Source: an uncultured Lentisphaerales bacterium (GTDB lineage: Bacteria > Verrucomicrobiota > Lentisphaeria > JABSQK01 > UBA12247). Taken from it: a stretch of DNA of 43,018 bases. The stretch lies in NCBI GenBank assembly GCA_943788985.1, contig CALSSJ010000024.1, forward strand, positions 1 through 43,018, written 5' to 3'. The notes beneath the pieces are model-generated. The model was not told where the DNA came from. It saw only the letters and a list, made by a program, of their open reading frames with translations, and did no database searches. Both the position numbers and the translations under genes were made by a program. Positions 38,314 to 43,018 of the stretch are shown here, in pieces. Position 1 is the stretch's first letter. Every line of letters starts with the position of its first letter.

Positions 38314-40605
38314 TCACCATCGGTCGAGGGGGAGGAAGTTCAGGTCGGGAAGAGAGGACTCGGCAACTTGCCCGTCGAAACCACGGATGGCTTTGCGGAG
38401 TTCGCGAATCGCGACGGCATAGCTCTGCTCCGCCACGGGCTTTTCACTGGTGGCCTTGGCGACATTGAGGGCCTTTATCAAGTCGGTGGTTGGCACACCT
38501 TTTTGGGCAAGTTTGGCGTTTGCTTGCTCGCCGAGGTGAATTAGCGAGATCAGGCCGGGGCGATAGGCAAATCCGTCTTGTAGGAAGGTCGAGACCGGGC
38601 CGTCAATCCGGCACTTTGCACCAACCGGGGGGACGGTATCGGAATAGATCAAGAAGTTGTTCTCGTCTATCAGACAAAAGATGCCGTGGGTCATGCCGGG
38701 AGGGGCATCGGCCTCGACTCGGCCGTCTGTCAGGTGCGCTGGTGCCTTGCACCACTCTTCGAGCCGAGGGGGGCGGTATTTCAGCTCGGTGCCGCCATTG
38801 AGGCTGTAGATCAGAAAGGCTTTCTGGATGCTTGCCTTGCCGGCAGTCTCGAACTCGGCCCACAGACGTGGCCCGTCACTCCCGGTCTTGGTGACCAGCG
38901 GAACCTCGTCCTGTCCCGGTAAGCTGTCTTTGGAGCCTGGATTGAGGTACGGGACGCGGGCGTCGTGCTGGTCCATCCAAGCGGTCAGGTCGCCAAGCAG
39001 GCGCTTGGCAACCTCAGGGTACGCGTCCAGCAGGTTTTTGTGTTCCCCAAGATCGCCAAACGATCCATCGGGATTCACCAGGCGGAACAGCTGCAATTCG
39101 GGGGCATCTGTCAGCACGGGACCGGTGTTTTTGATGAGTTTCCAATCACCTTGGCGAATCACCGAGAAGGATTTGTTGTCCATCGGATGATGGAACAGCA
39201 GCGTGTCGCGAATAGTGCCATCGGCAAAGCGAGCATCGGTTCGCTGGCCGCTAAGCAGATGGAGGATGTTGCAGCCGTCAAGATCGAGCGCGTCAGGCTT
39301 TATCTCGGCCGCAGCGATGAATGTCGGGAACATGTCTAGCAGGCTGATGAGCGAAGCGTTGTTGACGGTGCCAGGCTTGATTCCTGGCCCCATGGCGATG
39401 AAGGGAATGCGTACGCCGCCTTCATACATCCAGGTTTTGCCGCCAGTCAGCGGTGCCATGTCCGTGACCTTCTCGAAGTTCTGCTTGCCATCCAGGCCTT
39501 TCCAGGTGGCCAGTTTCTGGGCGCCACCGTTGTCTGAGGTGAGAATGACGATGGTGTTGTCGATGAGTTTGTGTCCGGGATTGCGCCGATCGTCCATGGC
39601 TTCCAGCGTCTGTATGACTTGGCCAACCATCCAATCGACCGAGTCGACCATGGCAGCGTAGTAGGGATTGTTGAAGCCGGCCGCTTCGGGATCGCAGATT
39701 GCGCCGGGATCCTTTGGAAAGGGAATGCCTAGCTTCTTGCAGTAGTAGGCCAGGCGCTTGCGATCGTGGGTCATGATCGGACCATGCACCAGCTTGGGGC
39801 AGAAGTTGAGGAAGAACGGCTGGTCCTGTTTGCCGACCTTCTTGAGCCAGCGCAGCGAAATGTCGGTCAGGCTGTCGTACGGGCGCTCGTCGGCCAGAAG
39901 CGGAAACAGTCGCGTGTCGTCGAAGGCATCCAGGCGAGTTGGGCGAGGCTGAGAGAAGATGCCTTCCTTGTTCGTCATCTTTGGATCGTTGCGATCGAAG
40001 ACGTCTGGGTCGTTGTAGTGGTTGTCTTTGTCGTAGGAAAAATCAAAGCCCATATCCAACGGTGTTGGCACCATGTTGGAGCCACAGACATGCCACTTGC
40101 CAACGTGGCCAGTTGTGTAGCCAGCTCGCTTGAGCACCTCTGGAATTATTGTCTGCGCAGGTGTGAGCCGTGCCGAATAGTACGGGTTGAGTTCCGATCG
40201 CTCATCCCATGGCCGTGGAACGCGATTTCCTTTGACATGCCAGACCCCATTCTTAACCCCAAGCTGGCCGGTCAGATAGGCGGCACGAGAGGGGGCACAG
40301 GTCGGCGCTGGCGCATAGGCTTGCATGAAGCGAACGCCGCGACTGGCAATCCGGTCAATGTGCGGGGTTTCGTATAGAGATGGCTTGCCCTGGATCTGCT
40401 GGAAGTAGCAGTTTACATCTTGCCAGCCCAGGTCATCGACCAAGATGAATACGATATTGGGTTGGGGCGCTGCGGCTGCCGCAGAGGTCAGGAGGAGGAG
40501 AGCGCACAGGAAGATGTTACGAAGAGGGTGTTGTGCGTACGTTCGGACGATTGGGACATTTGTTGGGCGCACAAGGAGTTGCGCCGTACGGTTTTCTCTG
40601 TGCAT
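38314..40605 (-). CDS. Secreted S1 sulfatase with an extra C-terminal domain (paralog of the adjacent gene)
   Basis: NIVFILVDDLGWQD, CAPSR, GKWH, VHGP, SDNGG and YEGGVR. The start is uncertain. Confidence 0.92.
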   Translation of the reverse strand: MHRENRTAQLLVRPTNVPIVRTYAQHPLRNIFLCALLLLTSAAAAAPQPNIVFILVDDLGWQDVNCYFQQIQGKPSLYETPHIDRIASRGVRFMQAYAPAPTCAPSRAAYLTGQLGVKNGVWHVKGNRVPRPWDERSELNPYYSARLTPAQTIIPEVLKRAGYTTGHVGKWHVCGSNMVPTPLDMGFDFSYDKDNHYNDPDVFDRNDPKMTNKEGIFSQPRPTRLDAFDDTRLFPLLADERPYDSLTDISLRWLKKVGKQDQPFFLNFCPKLVHGPIMTHDRKRLAYYCKKLGIPFPKDPGAICDPEAAGFNNPYYAAMVDSVDWMVGQVIQTLEAMDDRRNPGHKLIDNTIVILTSDNGGAQKLATWKGLDGKQNFEKVTDMAPLTGGKTWMYEGGVRIPFIAMGPGIKPGTVNNASLISLLDMFPTFIAAAEIKPDALDLDGCNILHLLSGQRTDARFADGTIRDTLLFHHPMDNKSFSVIRQGDWKLIKNTGPVLTDAPELQLFRLVNPDGSFGDLGEHKNLLDAYPEVAKRLLGDLTAWMDQHDARVPYLNPGSKDSLPGQDEVPLVTKTGSDGPRLWAEFETAGKASIQKAFLIYSLNGGTELKYRPPRLEEWCKAPAHLTDGRVEADAPPGMTHGIFCLIDENNFLIYSDTVPPVGAKCRIDGPVSTFLQDGFAYRPGLISLIHLGEQANAKLAQKGVPTTDLIKALNVAKATSEKPVAEQSYAVAIRELRKAIRGFDGQVAESSLPDLNFLPLDRW

Positions 40606-40851
40606 GTGAACGACATTTGCTCCTGCGTTTCCGACTTCTACTGCAAGTATTTTACACGGCGGGAGATCGCCTACAACCCAAAAAGAGCATAGATGCGCAT
40701 TTAATTAGGCTGCACTGGCTCACACCTCCGACTGGTGGCATGCCGCTACGCCACTTAGGGATGCACCTTTAGGTACCGGACAGCGTGGCATTTAGCCCAT
40801 GATTCAGAGAGTTTCGGAAATGAGTAGAGGGCAGACGAGGAGGAGAAAACG

Positions 40852-41063
40852 ATGAGAACAGCATGCGTTAGATATCAAGGTGACGGTGCGTTCTACCACT
40901 GGATGAATCGAACCGGTGGCTTTGCGAGAAATCGCCGATTCGGACCACGAGAGCAGGATTAGTTCGTGCAGTTGATGCACAGCCGAAGCTAAACGAGACA
41001 GCCTTAGGCAACCTCAGCGCGCTCTACACAGTCGAGGTAATCAGCGATTGCCTGCTGCAAATA
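40852..41063 (+). mobile_element. Remnant of a Y1/HUH (RAYT/IS200-like) transposase
   Basis: Strong RBS AGGAGGA, then ATG 40852 gives MRTACVRYQGDGAFYHWMNR...FGPREQD*FVQLM. After a short out-of-frame stretch it reads LSALYTVEVISDCLL. It is truncated just before the expected NHxH (HUH) motif. Confidence 0.6.
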
Positions 41064-41349
41064 GCTCTATACCGTCGTTCCGCGAAAAGGGCGCGCGCGA
41101 CCGCGAAGTCACCGGCATCAAACTGCGCGATCTTGATCTGGTTCTGACAAATTCCAGCACTCTATTTATTTGATTTTTGGGAGTCCCCCGCCGGCTCGGT
41201 GGCTCCTTATAGTGCGGCATGCATTATCAATTGCCCATTCACGACTGTCACCAGCAATGACCTGTGTGGAGGGCGTTGCGATAGTTTCTGGCCTCCAGCC
41301 TGAAAACCCGGCGCTCCCGCCAAAATGTAGGGGTAAATCTGTGCGGTCC

Positions 41350-42345
41350 TTAGAATTTCGCAGCGTTGTAAAGCGGCATCACCTGTACCCGGGCGTGACA
41401 GGAAAAATTCTCGACTGATAGCCGAATGCCATGGCTGCTTTGAGCATGTAAATCGAGGAATTGATACATGCTCTGCATTTGCCCGCGCCTTCCGGCTTTG
41501 CTCTCCAGCGGTACGACGCCGGTGTTTCTCTGAATCAAGTAATCAACCTCCGCACTCGAAGACGCAGCTTCGCGATGCCAGTAGTACAACTGTGGCTGTC
41601 GAGCGGGGTTGCCTGATGCAATCAACTCAAGCCCGACGAACACTTCTGCCAGGCTGCCTCGGTGTGCGAGTTCAGTGGGCGAGGCCGTCAGATGCTGGGG
41701 GATGTCCATTCCCAATACACGCTGGTGGATGCCGATGTCAAACGGTAGGATTTTGAAGCGCTTTGGTTTGACCTGAGCGCCTAATGGAATGCCCTGACCA
41801 ACCCTATGCCTGACGCGGTCGGCGAGTCCAGCGTATCGTATCATCTCGCGCGCGGCTTTCATTTCCCGACCACCACAGTCGTTGCTCGCTGCCGAGTACT
41901 TGAACTTCGATCCTGCTTGAAGCGATACCGACTCGAAGACGTCGGCCAATCGCGCAACCGGTGACCGCCTCCGGTACTTGGCAAAGTCGTCACGAAATGT
42001 CGTGATGAGACGGTCTAATCGATCAATGCACCGTGCATAATCATGATCCGTCACCTAGGTCTTAACGACATCTGGCAGGCCGCCAATGATCTGATAGGTA
42101 CGCATCAATTCGATAACCTTATCGTGGAATACCGTAACAAGCGGGTTGTCTGGGCCAGCAACACCTAGCATGTCTGCCAGTCCGTCACCAGCTTCCACCG
42201 CCACGAATTCGGCCAAGCTCATAGGGTACAAGAACAACGACTCAATTCTGCCAACTCCGTGAAAAGGCAGTTCAGCAAGTGCGAACTCTAACAAGGATCC
42301 CGCGGCTGCGACGTGAAGGCACGGCACCGACTGATAGGGAATTGC
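41350..42345 (-). pseudogene. AAA_14 ATPase / DUF4143 protein, 5'-truncated with an internal stop
   Basis: LHVAAAGSLLEFAL...GVGRIESL.LYPMS..EF and GGLPDVVKT*(TAG 42055-57), then DDFAKY, FDIGI, YYWHRE...AEVDY and PLESKAG. The Walker A region is absent. Confidence 0.85.
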
Positions 42346-42619
42346 TTTTTTCCAATGCCTAAAGAATACGCGGATAGGGAAGTGTATACAAGGGAATAGG
42401 GTGAAAGTATGGGAGAACGCCCAACAGCGCGAGCAGAGCGCAATTCGCGGTTGCCCTGCAATTTTCGATACCAGGCCAATTGCCCAAAAACATGGGGTTG
42501 GACTTGACTGCAATCTGCGGAACCCGCACTTTCCTTGTCCCTAAAAAGAAAATTTTAGCCACAGCATGCTGCCAATGCGTTTCGTGCATGAGCAGATGCT
42601 GGCGTTTGCTCAGACAAGG

Positions 42620-42932
42620 ATGAAAAAAGACAACACGGTTCTGTACGATCTATCTGGGGCTGCTTGCAGCCATGTTGGTCCTCTTTGCATTTGCCCATCT
42701 CCCGGGAGCGTTCCTGATTGCCTATTCAGCACCTGTTCATTTCCTTTGCCTGACAGGCTTGGTCATTGCTCTCCACCGAGAGAAGAGCACAGTGCCCCCC
42801 GTGTTCCCGGTGATCACCGGCATCCTCATGTTGCTGGCTCTCTTCTTCTCTGCGTGGATGTGGTACGCCCTCATCCGCTATTTCGCATATGGTTGCCATA
42901 AAGGGAAACGGACGTTGGTCATGGTATATTAA
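42620..42932 (+). CDS. Small membrane protein, probably frameshifted in an A6 run
   Basis: Removing one A from ATGAAAAAAG (42620) gives MKKTTRFCTIYLGLLAAMLVLF..., which is continuous with ORF 42672-42932 (3 TM). Confidence 0.45.
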
Positions 42933-43018
42933 GATTAGAAACACCACGCTGGTCTTGCTTATGAGTCTTGCTTTTCTCCCATGCTCATCCGCTATGGACC
43001 TCAAGAAGGTTGTTTCTG
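42921..43018 (+). CDS. Possible start of a secreted protein (runs off the window edge)
   Basis: The frame from 42928 reads IKIRNTTLVLLMSLAFLPCSSAMDLKKVVS, which is signal-peptide-like. The start codon is unclear. Confidence 0.3.

Noticed and set aside
41060..41310. Possible Fic-family remnant on the - strand (LEARNYRNALHTG)
   Set aside because: The resemblance is short and there is no HPFxxGNG motif.
41350..42345. Active defence system based on the AAA/DUF4143 gene
   Set aside because: The gene lacks its ATPase N-terminus, has an internal stop and has no partner genes.

Overview
A GC-rich bacterial segment, probably from the PVC superphylum and most like Lentisphaerota. That assignment is inferred from gene content and order, not from a search. 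The window has three zones. (1) 0.5-7.8 kb is a + strand glycan-degradation cluster: sulfatase-esterase fusion, sialate O-acetylesterase, an internally deleted PQQ-type beta-propeller gene and a GH141-like beta-helix protein. (2) 10.5-28.4 kb is a housekeeping backbone: kdsA-lptC-lptA-lptB-hpf, a NagA-like gene, a PAS histidine kinase, a PilT/PilU ATPase, a CPA1 antiporter fused to PTS EIIA, rsmG, a CPBP protease, tRNA-Cys, rarA, 5-FTHF cyclo-ligase and rny. Decayed genes sit among these (ABC permease, GATase, neuB, an OB-fold sensor kinase). (3) 28.5-40.6 kb is a - strand sulfated-glycan cluster: esterase-SGNH fusion, sulfatase-SGNH fusion, a ~1000-aa unassigned secreted protein split by one frameshift, and two paralogous sulfatases sharing an unassigned C-terminal domain. 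A RAYT/Y1 transposase remnant and an AAA/DUF4143 pseudogene follow. The best leads are the candidate new glycoside hydrolase, the NagA homolog with its catalytic Asp replaced by Asn, and a deletion with a frame-restoring insertion in the beta-propeller gene. Pseudogenisation is also widespread but confined to accessory genes. No CRISPR array, rRNA or intact mobile element was seen.
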